Source: Microthyrium microscopicum (Eukaryota). Taken from it: DNA of 64,000 bases. The notes under the pieces are model-generated. The model made no database searches. It had not been told where the DNA came from and saw nothing but the letters and a program-made list of their open reading frames with translations. Positions within the stretch are counted from its first letter, which is position 1. Each line of letters starts with the position of its first letter. The stretch covers positions 1,377,122-1,441,121 of the forward strand of contig MU004233.1 of assembly GCA_010405405.1 (NCBI GenBank). Direction: 5' to 3'. Shown here in pieces: positions 36,242 to 49,390 of the stretch. The position numbers were made by a program, and so were the translations under genes.

Positions 36242-36963
36242 GGGGGATTCTAAACGACCCCTTCTTCTAGCTAATCTCCCCCTAACTTCCAGCTATTCTC
36301 CCCCTAGTAGATCCGAAGCCGAAGGAGCTATTCCTAAATAGGAAGTCCGTGATAAATTCATGGTGTTGTGGTGGTACTGGAGCATAATTTTGGTATCTAA
36401 AGATCTGATATTTTATAAACTAAAGTACTAAAACTATGCTAGTAGCTATAAAGCTATAATCCTAAGAATTCTATAATTTTGGGCGTGAAACCATAAGATC
36501 TATGGAATCCTAACTATATAATATCTCTTCACTGTTTTTGAAGCATAAAATAATTATTTCGTAACGTATATTGACCCTGTTTTTGGTGTAGCAATAAATT
36601 AAGTATTTTGTATCCTATCCTGACCCCCGTTTTGGTATAGTGGTGGAGCTATTATTTGGTGTGGATGTAGTGGTGTTGTGGAATTTGTGTGGTGGAATTT
36701 GTGTGTTGGAATTTGTGTATTAGTGGTAGAGAGTTATTTTTGTGAAGGTTGAAGATTTGAAGGACTTGAGGGGTAGATTACGTGGGACTTAATGCTAGTG
36801 ATGTAAGATAACTAAGTTATTAGGGAACTAAACCGAATATGGCTAAAGTAAACGCTACTACCGAGCCCTAACCCGACATCCTTTGGCTTTGGATCTACTA
36901 GGGGGAGAATAGCTGGAAGTTAGGGGGAGATTAGCTGGAAGAAGGGGTCGTTTAGAATCCCCC
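36242..36963. mobile_element. Non-autonomous Mutator-like (MULE) MITE, 722 bp
   Basis: 85-bp TIRs at 36242-36326 and 36879-36963 (3 mismatches), starting GGGGGATTC; 9-bp TSD TTCATAATG at 36233-36241 and 36964-36972; no transposase ORF. Confidence 0.92.
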
Positions 36964-39900
36964 TTCATAATGAGTACCTACATTCTGTGCACTTACTTCA
37001 AGCAATCACTATCGGCCTCATCACACTCATGATCCGCTTTCTGGCCAGTCAGTTCAAAAGGCATGGTAATCACACACAAGCTGAGATGTCAGACCAAAGC
37101 AAGAACACCTTCTATCCAAAGAATACTTTTGTCTCTGCTCAATTGGTGTGAAGATAAATCCTACCTTAGGGTGCGATGGGGGTAGAGGAAATGATAATAG
37201 GAGAACCCTTTCTGTAAGATAATGGTAGAAGTATGCAGGGGATGCTTTTAGACCACTAGATACTTGGTCAAAGACATGAATCAGAAAGAATGGTTAACTG
37301 CAATACGCTCAAACGCATGATGACTTATAGCAGTCGTTGATATAAGTGACAGTAAAGATAAACTGGGCGTGTGTCTGTCACAATCCAACTGTTAAAGCTG
37401 AATGGAAACCAGTCTCTTGCTAGAGAAGAGGCTTTGATCGATAACATTGAGTTAACTTTGACTTATAGTGACACATCTTTGACACAATTGACTCGAGGTA
37501 AAATTCACTTATCTGTTGTTATTCGCTGGAAATGATGTTGGCACTTAGTAGAATATGGCCTGTGGCTTTTAACAGTTGAGATGTTTCTAGTAATGTCTTT
37601 CATGGACAACCGTTGGACAAAATAACAGTCGTGCTCATATCGAGTTCGACGGCTCCCGCATAATACGCTTTGCTATCAATTGTTTTATTTCCCATCAAGG
37701 GCTTTCAGACTAGCACAGTCTATCAAACGCCATAGAAAATAAAAGCATCTTCTGTATGGTAGCATTCATGAAAGCCTTTCGAAATTCATGGGGACACGCC
37801 AATTATTTGTCCACCGGTTGCATGGACAACTTTATGCATTTACAAAGCACAAATGAGTTTCAAAAAGCCAGTCTCTGCGAGAAAAAGACCATTCACAGCT
37901 TTCTCATTCTTCATACTGGATTTATTTGCAGGAATTATCACTTCGTAAAAGAGATCCAATACTCGTCCGGCACTTGCCGTTCCCTTTCAGCTCTGCTGTG
38001 CCGCACAGGAGCTCTGCAGAGCCTCGCCCCTATCTTTCCAACAACATCGCAATTTGTCGTGCCACAGCCATATCTTCAACGGAAAAATGGAGTTCCGCAT
38101 CACGGTCGTCGATATATGCATTTAAAGCCATGATAATGCTTAGATATTCTTAGCAACAAATAACAATCAAACGAATACCTCCTACCAGGTTTTCGTTTTA
38201 CCAAATTAATATAAACTTCGCCAAACAGATAACACTCCCCATGGGCCACCCACAAACAAGCATCTGCAGGAACATTATTTAAGAGCAAGGAGGAATACGA
38301 ACCGGTTCAACATATTCCGTCATATCAATGTGACTATAGACGCGGTCCAGACCACTGCAGCTTTTAGTGTTTACTTTTGGGTGCGCCTCGTGGCCGTTAG
38401 TGAAGCGATTTGGCAGCTCTTAGCGCACACGCCAAGTAGCTTGGTTAAACGGCCAATGTTCTAGAACCAAGAGCCGCCGAGGACAACTCCTTTGTCGAGA
38501 AAAGTTTCCTTGGCTTCCTGGCAATTTCAACCTCACCTGATGCTAAGGCTGGAGTTGCTTGGTACACACGTGGGGCTGAACTGTTCATCGAAAGCTTTTT
38601 CTGGGGAGTTCATGACTTCATGAGTGACGACTCCATACAGTGAAATTTATTTGGACGATTGGCGAAACAGGAGGTGTTATCAGGAACAGCAAGCTGAGCA
38701 TGGGTTCTAGAATCATATATATATGGTTGATTGTCTGGGGTCGTGTAGATAAGGTTGTTTAAATTGAAATTAAGACTTGAGCGAACTGATTAGGCTTTGT
38801 GGGAATTGAATCCCACAGCCCTGGAATCCGGCGGGGGCTGAAATTGGTACGGTTGCGCAGAAGGATGAGGTTAATACAGAGCCAAGATCCGCGGTGGCAC
38901 GGCAAATCCAATGCTTTTTGTTTCAAGCAGTGATCGTAATCGAATCCGTCAGATCCTGCCTCTTTACTTGGCAGTTCATTGGTAAATGGTTATTTATTTT
39001 ACGTACTGTTACATACAGTTGTCAAACAAGGAGAACCATAAGAGAATTACGTTTTCCTGCCCGTGCAGAATAATATGCTGTAAAGGCAATATAAAATGAC
39101 ACATTCCACTACCAAGCGTTCGCCAATGACTCCTAAATATACTAATAACCAATGCCTATAAAGGTGCAGGGCTTGGCGATCCAACTCTATTCGTTAAACG
39201 ATCAAGGTGATCTTGGTGATCAGCAGAGAACGAAATTATTACCGGTATTTGGGTACAAGACAGGGGTTTCGCTCACGGTCTTGTTCTTCAACTTGTTCTT
39301 GGCTCACCAAGAACCTTGTTGCAATGCCCTATGATCATTTATTGGCAGTTCATTTTTTGCCCTGAATTGGTGAACCTGGGCATTACGTGGATGTTGTCGT
39401 GGAACGGTGGGATAAGGTTAAGTTGGGAGTGACGCGGCTCTTTGGCGGTTGTCTTACTGCGTTACGTGTGTGTTGATTTAAAGACGGGTGTATCCGTAGG
39501 TTAAATGGATAAGTCGCGCAGATTCGACTGATGGAATAATTGGAGGGTAGACCTATTCCTGTCCTTTTGTGGTCGGTCAGTTACGTATGGAAGCACGACC
39601 TTGGCCCCTTATTTTATAGATACTTCGGGCGCCGATTAACACGCAATTTGAAGGTCGTATTGCTATCGGGAGTTCGGCAGGCTTGTCTGAGTTCATAAAT
39701 TGAGAAAAAAACAGCCCACTAAGCGCTGCCTTTGAACTCTGAGCTGAGACCGTATATACCAAAAAAGGGCAACATGACATCAGCTAAGTAGCTCGCAAAA
39801 TCAATATCTTGCAGTTGTGTGACCGAGACTGGAAAAAGGAAGCTGAACAGAGAAAAGACACGATAACCTCCCTATTTCCCAGTGCCCAAGAAATCCGCAC

Positions 39901-42382
39901 AGACGATTCTAGACCAAACTGGGCCAAAATCACATCTCCACTCCTGCCACGCAGACCAACTGCAGGTCTGATTGGTTCATCGGATAACACCTACCAGGCG
40001 ACTTTTAAGCTTGTATTTAGGTCCAAGCCAAAACACACGTTTCCCGAAACCTTAAAGGTTGTTGATGATTGCCCCGAACATGCATTCCTGGCAACTTCCC
40101 AAATCAATAAATCTCTTGGTATGAATAAATCACAACAGCGCATTTAGACAGCTGCTAGGATATAAATGGAGGAAATAGATTACTCCGGTGCTGCTATACC
40201 CTTCATCTACCATTTGCTGATGGATTGGACTCGCGTGATCTGCTGTTCGTTGGTTGACATTTTTGGCCAAGGGATTTTCCTTGAGTTTTCTCTGGGTAAA
40301 CCCAGGGCAATAATGGGTAATGCGATCATTCTTTTTGGAGGTCCAAATTGCCTCGAGAAAAATATCCACTACTGCGCAACGCGCCTCTTGGGTCATCTGC
40401 TCGGTCAAGAATCCACTCATTCTGTTGGTTAGATTATTTCTATGATGTCGCTTCAATAGACTTGGCCAGAGCCTTGGCAGTCATCTTAGTTGCCGAACCC
40501 AGTGGAGTGCATCCTATCCGTACAGCAGATGATGATGGGGAAGCGAAATCTGCTGGCAAAAGAGACAATACCGGGGGAAAATTATGCATAAAGATAAGGC
40601 CGTTTTTGGTGCGTTGGGACGGCAGTGGGCCTGGGTTTGTTGGGGAAAAGATTGGCAATGCATTCCCCACTTCTTTCAATGTTGAATTCTGTCAGCCTTC
40701 AATTTAGATACTAGGAAAAAGACGCAATGTTCTATCAAATGGATCTGGGAATTATGGAAGGTTGGATGTTGAGGAGCCTCGCGACTCTGAAACACGTTGA
40801 TTGAGGCAGATTACCTCGTGTGAATTTCCCACGACATCAGAGCCGCATGGAAGCCACGAGCCCATCACACGACGTGGAAACTACAACCCGCAAGGTCCAA
40901 CTTCAACTCAGGTAGGTTATTTATCGCAATACAATAATCTGGTAGAGTGGGGTATCGCTTAACCGGAAAATCTCAATAATAATGCATACTGTTAATGATT
41001 CGATTATGCTGGAAAAAAATGGCCCGGTCTCTGGGTCCATTGATTGATGTTCGGAATAGCTCATATTTAGAGTTAGAGACGGGTCCGTGGAAGCAGGGGT
41101 TGAATGAGATTAGAGTGCTCTCTATGCGATAAATTATATTGCGAAGTACGGAGAATACGGAGTGGGCCAATTGTAGAAAGATTACGTGCCTCCTTGGCTT
41201 GTCTCTTGACCTTTTGAGGTTGAGCTTGTGAGACTCAAGCGTCAGAGCCCGATTGGAGGGAATTGAGACGAGGTGCTTTGATGGAGAAGGATTGGGGTCC
41301 GATGGAGGATTTGGCGCCACACTGATACACTGGTTGTTATTTGGCGCATTGGATATATCTTGTGGTTTGGTATGTCTGGGCAACAGGCTGTTTAATTTGG
41401 CAATGTTATGTAGATGTAGTACAAAGTAATGGATGTATGAAGCCAGGAGTCAGGATTGCATACAGCATTCTTGTGGTTACATGCGTTTTTTGGCCTACTG
41501 AGCTTTGAGCGAAAGTCGTTGCTCACGAACTACAAAAAGAAAGCCTCATTTTCGGGATTCAGTCTTCAGCAGACAGTTGATTGTCAGCCTGGTTCAGGGT
41601 GGAAATGTCAGAGTTTTGTCTGACGAGATGCATTCTGGTGGTGGCTTTTGGCTTGGAAAGCAAAAGGCAGGATGCGCAGGGGTCCGTCAGCTAGTGCAGC
41701 GCTAGACCTATCCGGTGGGTACCAAGATGACGCCAAGGGCTTAGCTTATAACCTTGTTGAGCCATGGCCATGGCGGCGTTGTAAGAGACGGGCCAGGCCT
41801 CTCTGAGTCTCTGTTGGCTTTTACCTCTCCAAGACTTTTGCTGCTGCACCTCACAACTCTCAGGTAATAATATCTTTGGTCTGGCCGCTCGCCGCTGGGC
41901 TTGCTTCTCTTCCTCTCTTCCTCTGACCTTTTGCAGCTTGATCTATATTCGCTGGCCTCAATACTTCACCAAACCTCTGCCAATCAACCCAAACAGCGCC
42001 GCTCTACCCGCCAGGCTTACCATCAAACTGTGCCTCTCCGGTTGCCTGAATCTCTCTACTAGCAGCCTGCGACTCGCAGAGACGTCGACAAGAATCCACA
42101 GCTTCTTTCTGTTGTTGCATTGCTAGGGTAGATCCGGATCTCGACCTACGCCGCCCAACTTGCCTGGTCTTTAATATCTCTGGGCCTGTCGCAAGTAAAT
42201 GACTGTCCTGCTTAGCATTTCTTTTTCCCGGTACGAACCATATGCTTGTTATTAGTTTGATTTACGCTTATTCAACTTTATAGTCGGTCCGCCCCCAGAT
42301 AGCGTTGCGCATTGGCGTCCTTATTTTCTCTTCTCCTCTGGCCCTATCCAACTTGACCCGGCTGAGGTAGCCTACCGCAAAG

Positions 42383-43882
42383 ATGCTCAATAGCATGGAG
42401 ACATACTTTGGCCAGGTTCGCACACCTCAAGATGCTATTATATTATTCGAAGCATGTCGCATTGGACTCTTACCTCGAGTCCAACGACGTCTATCAGAAA
42501 AGGAACGGTCACAGATCCGATCTGGTTCTGTGTTTGTTTGGGATGAGCGCGAGGCTGGAATGCGCAGATGGACAGATGGCAAATCATGGAGCGCCAGCAG
42601 AGTTTCAGGAAGTTTCTTGACGTATCGTGAAATGGAGGGTAAAAGAGGCGGATTCAATCCACAAGTCCCTCAGAACGGCGCCAAAAAGCTTCCAGGAATC
42701 AACAACAAGGGCCCGGAACCTGGACAAAAAAGTGACGGTGAAGAAGCTCCTGTCTCAGATGAAGGCGAAGGCCCAGATGGCTATCGTTATAAGCCAGACG
42801 GTTTGATGAAGCAAAGCTTTAGCATCACAACTCAGGATGGTCGTCATCTCCATCTGATCAGCTACTACACTCGTGCAACTAATGGCTCAAGTTTGCAGCA
42901 GCCATCGACAGATCCTACTTTGCGCAACATTCGCCCGCAAAAAGGCATGTATCCAGAAGCCAATCTCAATGAAGCCAATTCTATTCCCGCTGTAACAAGA
43001 GGACCACTACCACCATCCGGTGGACCTTGGCCAACTTCGCAACCGCCGCATCCTCATGGATACTACCCACCGCCTCATCACTACGCTTATCCTACTCACC
43101 ATGGCGCTCCATATCCACCTCACTATCCTCCGCCATGGGCGGCACCAAATGGTGGCCATTATCCTCCTCCACCACACCATTACTACCCAGCTCCTCCACA
43201 TCATCATACACCACCCTACTATCCCATGCATGGCCCACCACCACATCATTATTCATCGCCTCCAATTCATCATGGTCCACCACATGGTCCACCGCATGGC
43301 CCACCAGGCGGCTATCCAACTCCTCCAAGCACTACACTCCCTCCTCTTATGAACGGCCACGGAAGCCCAGCGCAACCACCACTCCGCTCACCCACCGCAA
43401 CATCAAGCTACGGCTCACCTCCAGCATCGACTGGTTCTTCCCTCCGCCCAAATCCTTACGGGCCCGGCCCGGAAAAGCGTCCTGCCACCGTCCCATCCCC
43501 ACCAACGACCAACAACGAAGTCAAACCACCATCCCTTCTCCCAACCTACCCACCAGACCCAACATCCTCCGCACCACCATACCCCAGCAATCCCCCGTCT
43601 ACCCTCCCACCATCAAATCTCCCGCGCACGACATCTCCGCCTTCAAATCATGCGCCACAACGCTCAGCACTAGACCGCACGATCCCAAGCATTACATCGC
43701 TCTTGGGTCCGCCAGGTAGTGCGCCACCTGTACGGCATGAGAATGGGAATCGCACGCCGCCGGGCGCATTGCCCAGTATTGGGCATATGCGCGAGGTGGC
43801 GGAGAGTGTGAGTGGGATGGGTAGAGAGCGGGACAAGAGCGATCTAAAGAGACTGGACTCACATTCGCTTAAGTTCAACTAG
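42383..43882 (+). CDS. PAC2: Gti1/Pac2 (WOPR) family transcription factor, Pac2 subtype, with a Pro/His-rich tail
   Basis: METYFGQVRTPQDAIILFEACRIGLLPRVQRRLSEKER...RRWTDGKSWSASRVSGSFLTYREMEG; YRYKPDGLMKQSFSI. SASR rather than SPSR points to the Pac2 clade, not Wor1/Gti1. Confidence 0.92.
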   Translation: MLNSMETYFGQVRTPQDAIILFEACRIGLLPRVQRRLSEKERSQIRSGSVFVWDEREAGMRRWTDGKSWSASRVSGSFLTYREMEGKRGGFNPQVPQNGAKKLPGINNKGPEPGQKSDGEEAPVSDEGEGPDGYRYKPDGLMKQSFSITTQDGRHLHLISYYTRATNGSSLQQPSTDPTLRNIRPQKGMYPEANLNEANSIPAVTRGPLPPSGGPWPTSQPPHPHGYYPPPHHYAYPTHHGAPYPPHYPPPWAAPNGGHYPPPPHHYYPAPPHHHTPPYYPMHGPPPHHYSSPPIHHGPPHGPPHGPPGGYPTPPSTTLPPLMNGHGSPAQPPLRSPTATSSYGSPPASTGSSLRPNPYGPGPEKRPATVPSPPTTNNEVKPPSLLPTYPPDPTSSAPPYPSNPPSTLPPSNLPRTTSPPSNHAPQRSALDRTIPSITSLLGPPGSAPPVRHENGNRTPPGALPSIGHMREVAESVSGMGRERDKSDLKRLDSHSLKFN

Positions 43883-44538
43883 GAGTTGGCTGTATGGGCG
43901 GATGGTGTGCAATCTCCAAACATCGATCCGGATCTCGATCGCATCTTTACTTCATGTGTTTCTATGTGCGACCATATCATTACAGCGGAACAGCAATTTC
44001 CTAGCAGCGATTACTTTAGCAGCGATTAAAACACGACATTATTATGACAGCAGTTTATCAAGGGAATTAGTCGTTTGAGCGAAGAGAAGATCTCTTGTTT
44101 ATTTTTTCAGGACAAAAATGCGAGTTCCGACGGCGTGCTTTTAGGTATTGGTCGTGGGACATATCAAAGCGAAGATACCCAAGGCGTTTAGTTTTTATTA
44201 TTGATGTATTCGGTATACGATTAGCGATCTTGAAGTCCGGTGGGACTGCGGTTATGGCAGATATAACTTCAGGGTGCGAATGAATGGAATATTTTTAACC
44301 TTATTATTTCTACTTTCATAGCTGTATGGTGGTATATTTGCTTTTTCGAAAATGAGGCTCTGCTCTTAAGATAGGTAAATCCCCGCGATGGCTCAGCCAC
44401 GGTTGAGTTGGCAAGGCAGATCTGCCCCCAAAGCTCAACGGGGATAAAAGTCTAAACGGCAGCCCCAATTTTGCGACTTGATACTTGGATACTCGAATCT
44501 TCGCCTCATACTTCGATCCAAGCAAACAGCAGTCAAAA

Positions 44539-46735
44539 ATGACTCGCAAACCACGCAAACTATATCGGAAGCTACCGACTGCCGACTCCATCAGAGTACT
44601 CATCATTGAGCCAGGCGACTTTGATCATCCGATTACATGTACTTTACATACAGCAGAACTGACAGAGTCGTTGGATTATCACGCGCTCTCGTATGCGTGG
44701 GGAACCGACCTAGCAGAAGTTTTTATCACTATCAATGGAAAGTGCTTCAAGATTCGCGAGAATCTCAGTCTCGCCATTCGACGTGTCCGCAAGTCGAATG
44801 GGATCTTTCGGATCTGGATTGACGCTATTTGTACGAACAAGTTTCCCAATCTCTACAGCAGAGAAATATGCTAGCTGACTATGACCAGGCATAAACCAGT
44901 CAGACCTTGAAGAGCGAAGCCAACAAGTCGGTATTATGCGCCAAATATACAAAAATGCCTCCCAAGTGGTTATATATCTTGGTGAAGAGACTCCAGGAAC
45001 AATTGAAGCACTCTACCTGGTCAACCGTTTGAATCAAATGGCAAAATCGCACTCGAATGCGGAAATATTTGAGTCAGTGCGACATGACAAAATCGCGTAT
45101 TTGTCAGGCTACTTTCAAGACTTCTTTGAGCGTTCGTGGTTCTCTAGGCTCTGGGTTCTACAGGAAGTCGTAATGTCTGTTACAGTACCTGCTGTGATAT
45201 GCGGAGAATCCGTTATCCCCTGGAGCGATATTGAGAGAGCAACCATTCTTTTCTATGATACAGGTCTAGTACTGGCTACTGACCGGCTTACTGTGGATAA
45301 ATCATACCATGCTATTTTAATGGCCATTTGCCATGAATTTACAGGACAGTTAGACATGCTCGATCTACTACAGAGGAGTTCGGACTTCCAAGCCACTGAT
45401 CCGAGAGACAGGTTGTTCGCACTGTATGGATTAGCTGCGGACATGCAGAGTCCTGAAGCCAAAGAACAATTTCCGATCGACTACTCAATATCTACCAACG
45501 AACTGTATCGTGAGTTTACACGCAGTTATATTGCATATACCAAAAGTGCAAACCTTCTCGTTAACGCAACTGAATCGAACAACATAGAGAGTCTTCCAAC
45601 CTGGGCTCCGGACTGGAGTAAGGGACTTCGCAGTAGCTTTCTAGGTGGACCGGTTGCTGCCACTCGTTGGAAAGCTTCTGGTACCTCCTCTGTCAGAATG
45701 TTACGCAGCAGGAACCTACAAACTCTTAGAATAGGCGCCATACTTACTGATTCCGTCACTTGGGTGTCAAATACTTACGAATATTCTGACCTGACCTTAT
45801 TGCCACAGCTACGCCGACCAGGATACCTCTTTCGAATATGGCAAGCAGTATCTACTCACCTTGCTGGTCATGTGAACCCTTCTGACCTCCAAGATACGTT
45901 TTGGCGGACCCTTATTGCAAACACAACATCAGACATACTCGTACCAGACGATACCTACCAGATCCACTTTCTTTGCTTTTGGTGCAATGAACGCATCGCG
46001 GACCGGCAAGCAGAATATTACGTTGAGAAAAATGGGCCTGGTCAAATCTCAATCGATGAGCAGACACGCGTCGCGCTCACTCACGAACAATGTCTTGTCG
46101 AGCATTGCGATGAGGAACATGTCGCATCTCTGGACAGAATCATGTCCAGCAAATATGCCCGTAGCCACTGTGCGACAAAACGTACAGAATGTACAGAAAA
46201 ATCGTGTGTAATATGCGACTTGCGCAAACGCGACCCTATCGACTGTCTAGGGGCATTCAAGCTCTCCCAACCAGGCGGACGTGCGCATGGCTTTGAGCTG
46301 GAGAAGGACGACGAATTTGTGCGGGAACACTTCCGACGGCTGAGGAATGACGTACTAGAGCCTGGTCCAATCGTAGCCGGGAAGGCGGATAATTATGCGG
46401 ATGCACTTAGTCGAGCGCTGTTCGAAAGGCGAGTTTTTATCACTGAAAGTGGAAAACTAGGACTGGGTCCAGTAACCACGGAAATTGGAGACAAGGTTGC
46501 AGTTATATCTGGAGCTTCAATGCCATTCGTACTCCGAGAAGCAGAGACATCTCCAGCACAAGACATGTCCACCTCAGATTCAGAAGGGGCAAGCAATCCC
46601 AAACACTACAACTTGATCGGGCCAGCATACGTGCACGGCATAATGAACGGCGAAGCCTTACAGCACGCGACCACCCACGACGGCGCTGAAATAAAGCCAG
46701 ATGAATACCCATGGCCATACATAGACCTGGTCTAG
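44539..46735 (+). CDS. Heterokaryon incompatibility (HET-6-like) domain protein; intron 44831-44888
   Basis: YHALSYAWG, IWIDAICINQSDLEERSQQVGIMRQIY, WFSRLWVLQEV, ATDPRDRLFAL, LIGPAYVHGIMNGE. Confidence 0.93.
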
Positions 46736-47942
46736 CAAGAGTCAAGTGCAAGGTGTGATGGACGACTAGGACATGTTTCAGCGCTTCGAAGCCAGCGCCA
46801 ACAGAAGGCGGAATTGAATGACATTGGCGCTCTCATACCGGGCCAGGAATAAGCTTTTTGACAATGCAGAGAGAAACGTCTTGCTTGTACCTCATCGGAG
46901 CGTGGAAATGGTGGAAAAAGGAGGGTTGGAACATAAGAAGTTGAAATAAGGTAGAGTGCACATCCCTTCTGGGTTTAGTGGAGCACTTCAATGTTCCTTC
47001 CTTTTTTGGGATGCTATTTCCACGAGGTCCACGTTTTGCGAATTGTATACCGTACACGTGGTTATCTTACTACATCCTGAGTTCAAAAATATGAAGCGAG
47101 TCATCGAACAATAAGTCGCTTGAAATATTGATTAAACGTATCACGTTCTAGCAATGATCTCTCACCAATATCGTAAAACACTAAATTTCACAACAACTTT
47201 CGAAACTCAATGAATATTGCCTGAAGAATAATGCCTACGATGTTATGGATCGAGTCTTCTACACGACTTTGGAAACCTTGCATTCCTTGTAAAGGGCCTA
47301 GTTAACGACATAATGACTTATTTCTCGATAAATGTTTTCATCGTGAGCAGTTAAATGCAAATCGCTAGATCGAACCTTCGATTTTACTGTTTGGTTCCGA
47401 TCTGAAACCACTACAAGGGACTGTGATGGAGACTTTTGGCCTCTTTCTTGCAGTACCAGCCAAGTCTCAGATCGTCATTCGACTTCTTCAACATTCCCAT
47501 TTCTGTCTATTTTCCAAGTCTCGAAAGAAAATACAAATGCTCTAGATTTAGGGTGAGCACACGAGCAGGGCCCAGAAACAACCGAGCCAGTCGGCAGTTG
47601 TCCAAATCAAATCAAACCCATTGGCCCACCATCAAGGGTGGAGAAATCATGAAAGCGCCACTTACGTGAAGAGCTATAGCCTTGCATTATACCAGCCGTT
47701 ACTTAAACCTCGTTAAACAGCAAATAGAATGTGGGGCTTCACTATCGTGAAAAGCAATATACCGCAGCGAGCCGAGGTACTATCGGCACCACCCAAAAAG
47801 TCGCAATTCACCGACCCTTTGCGCGCAATCAATATTGTTTCGACAACCGGCTAAACACCATATCTATCTTCTTATCTCCCTATCCTCCAACTCCTCTTCC
47901 CACATCCACATATCCTTCTCTTCAACACTAATACCTCTCACA

Positions 47943-48261
47943 ATGTCAAAGACCTACTCCGCCGCAGACGTCGCCGCCAACAACGGCAAAGAGGCCGGCA
48001 AGCCACTATGGATCATCATTGACGGTGGCGTGTACAACGTGTCCGAGTTCATTGAAGAGCACCCCGGTGGACCAAAGATCCTTAAGCGATCGGGTGGAAA
48101 GGATGTTAGCAAGGCTTTCTGGAAGGTACGTTGTAGCACGACAGTATATGTAGTGGACAGAAAGCTAACAGGAGACCGTGTAGTACCACTCGGAACATGT
48201 GTTGCAAAAGTACTCGCCAAAGCTCAAGATCGGTGAGGTCGCTGCCTCAGCCAAGCTATAG
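47943..48261 (+). CDS. Small soluble cytochrome b5 (86 aa) ending in PTS1 AKL; intron 48126-48183
   Basis: LWIIIDGGVYNVSEFIEEHPGG...GGKDVSKAFWK|YHSEHVLQKY...AASAKL*. Confidence 0.9.
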
Positions 48262-48461
48262 AAGAAAGCAAACCCGATGAACGAATGCCCGCGAACGAAC
48301 AACCAGATGTCGGGCGGATAGCCGCGGTTGGCGTATGGAGAGGGGGAGGATTGCTACGATTTTTTGGGCCTTGTATAGATATAGCGTCCATGAGACCAGA
48401 CACAGGCATATCACAATCTAAACCGCTATAGAAGATTATTCATTATTCATTGGGGATTCGT

Positions 48462-49390
48462 TTAGTCTATTAGGGGAGTGCTTTCGTCCTCTTCGACTGC
48501 CCATCGTCTTTCTTTTCGCAATTGCGCTTTGACGTGGACTATCGTCCAGATAGCCATCACACCTGCCAGAGGGAACGGACCGGCCCATCCGACTGCGTAG
48601 ACGGTGGCTACTGGCAATGTGAATACAAGGATTGTAAACAGAGTTGCGCTGGCGTAGAAGAACAACATCCATAATCCGCTTAGGTTCCAGATCATCCTGC
48701 GAAATATGATGCTGTTGTCATAACGTGCGCCAAAGGCTTTGCGATAGTCCATTCCGCCACAGCCATCGACTGCCACAATATCTTCAACAATGTAGAATAT
48801 TGCAGGCCTCACAACATTTCCAGGTCCCAAACTGCCAAACTGAAATGGCAACTTGACAGCAAAGCGGTTAAGTACCATAGAAAGCAAAGTAAGCGTAGCC
48901 ACGAGGTACATGAGCACCGCAGCTGGCAACGATATCAAACGGATCTGAAAAGCATGCCCATCCTGATCCCTGTCATCTCGCGCCAACGTTGAAGTAATCA
49001 ATGAAGAAATGACCAGCAATGCCAAAAAGTAGCCCCATTGGAAGATATCGAGCGCATATCTTGGTGAATTGAGCGGCCGATACTCTGGTGAAAGTTTGAT
49101 CAGTTTCCAGACGCGCTCAACGATAGCGATGATGGTGAAAATTCCCAGCACGCCGGTTGGCAGAGTCAAGACTGTAACACGGGACGAATTAGATTGTCCA
49201 CGGAGATTAAATAGCTTGCTGTGACTTGAAAGGAGGACATACCCAGCATGCGATCCATATCTGGCTTGCCATACCAGAGGCCATAGAAAAGGCCTAGATT
49301 TAGGAATATGGGTGGGATGATGATGACGGTCCATGCCGTGGCGATGGAGGCATAGCGGGTATGCAGACTGTATGGAAGCTCAACAACCAT
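48462..49390 (-). CDS. Hypothetical multi-pass membrane protein; intron 49172-49242
   Basis: Several hydrophobic helices, YIVEDIVAVDGCGG motif, C-terminal ESTPLI (dileucine-like). The gtatgt/ctaat/cag intron joins the two ORFs. Confidence 0.75.

Noticed and set aside
36680..36718. GGAATTTGTGT x3 as a CRISPR or telomeric array
   Set aside because: A short tandem repeat inside the MITE with no spacers, in a eukaryotic context.
37756..41705. ORFs of 60-136 aa upstream of PAC2
   Set aside because: No motifs, consistent splicing or coding-like composition; treated as intergenic.
47350..47430. Minus-strand A-box/B-box-like sequences (TGTAGTGGTT...GGTTCGATC) suggesting a tRNA
   Set aside because: The T-stem and acceptor stem do not pair, so no cloverleaf forms.
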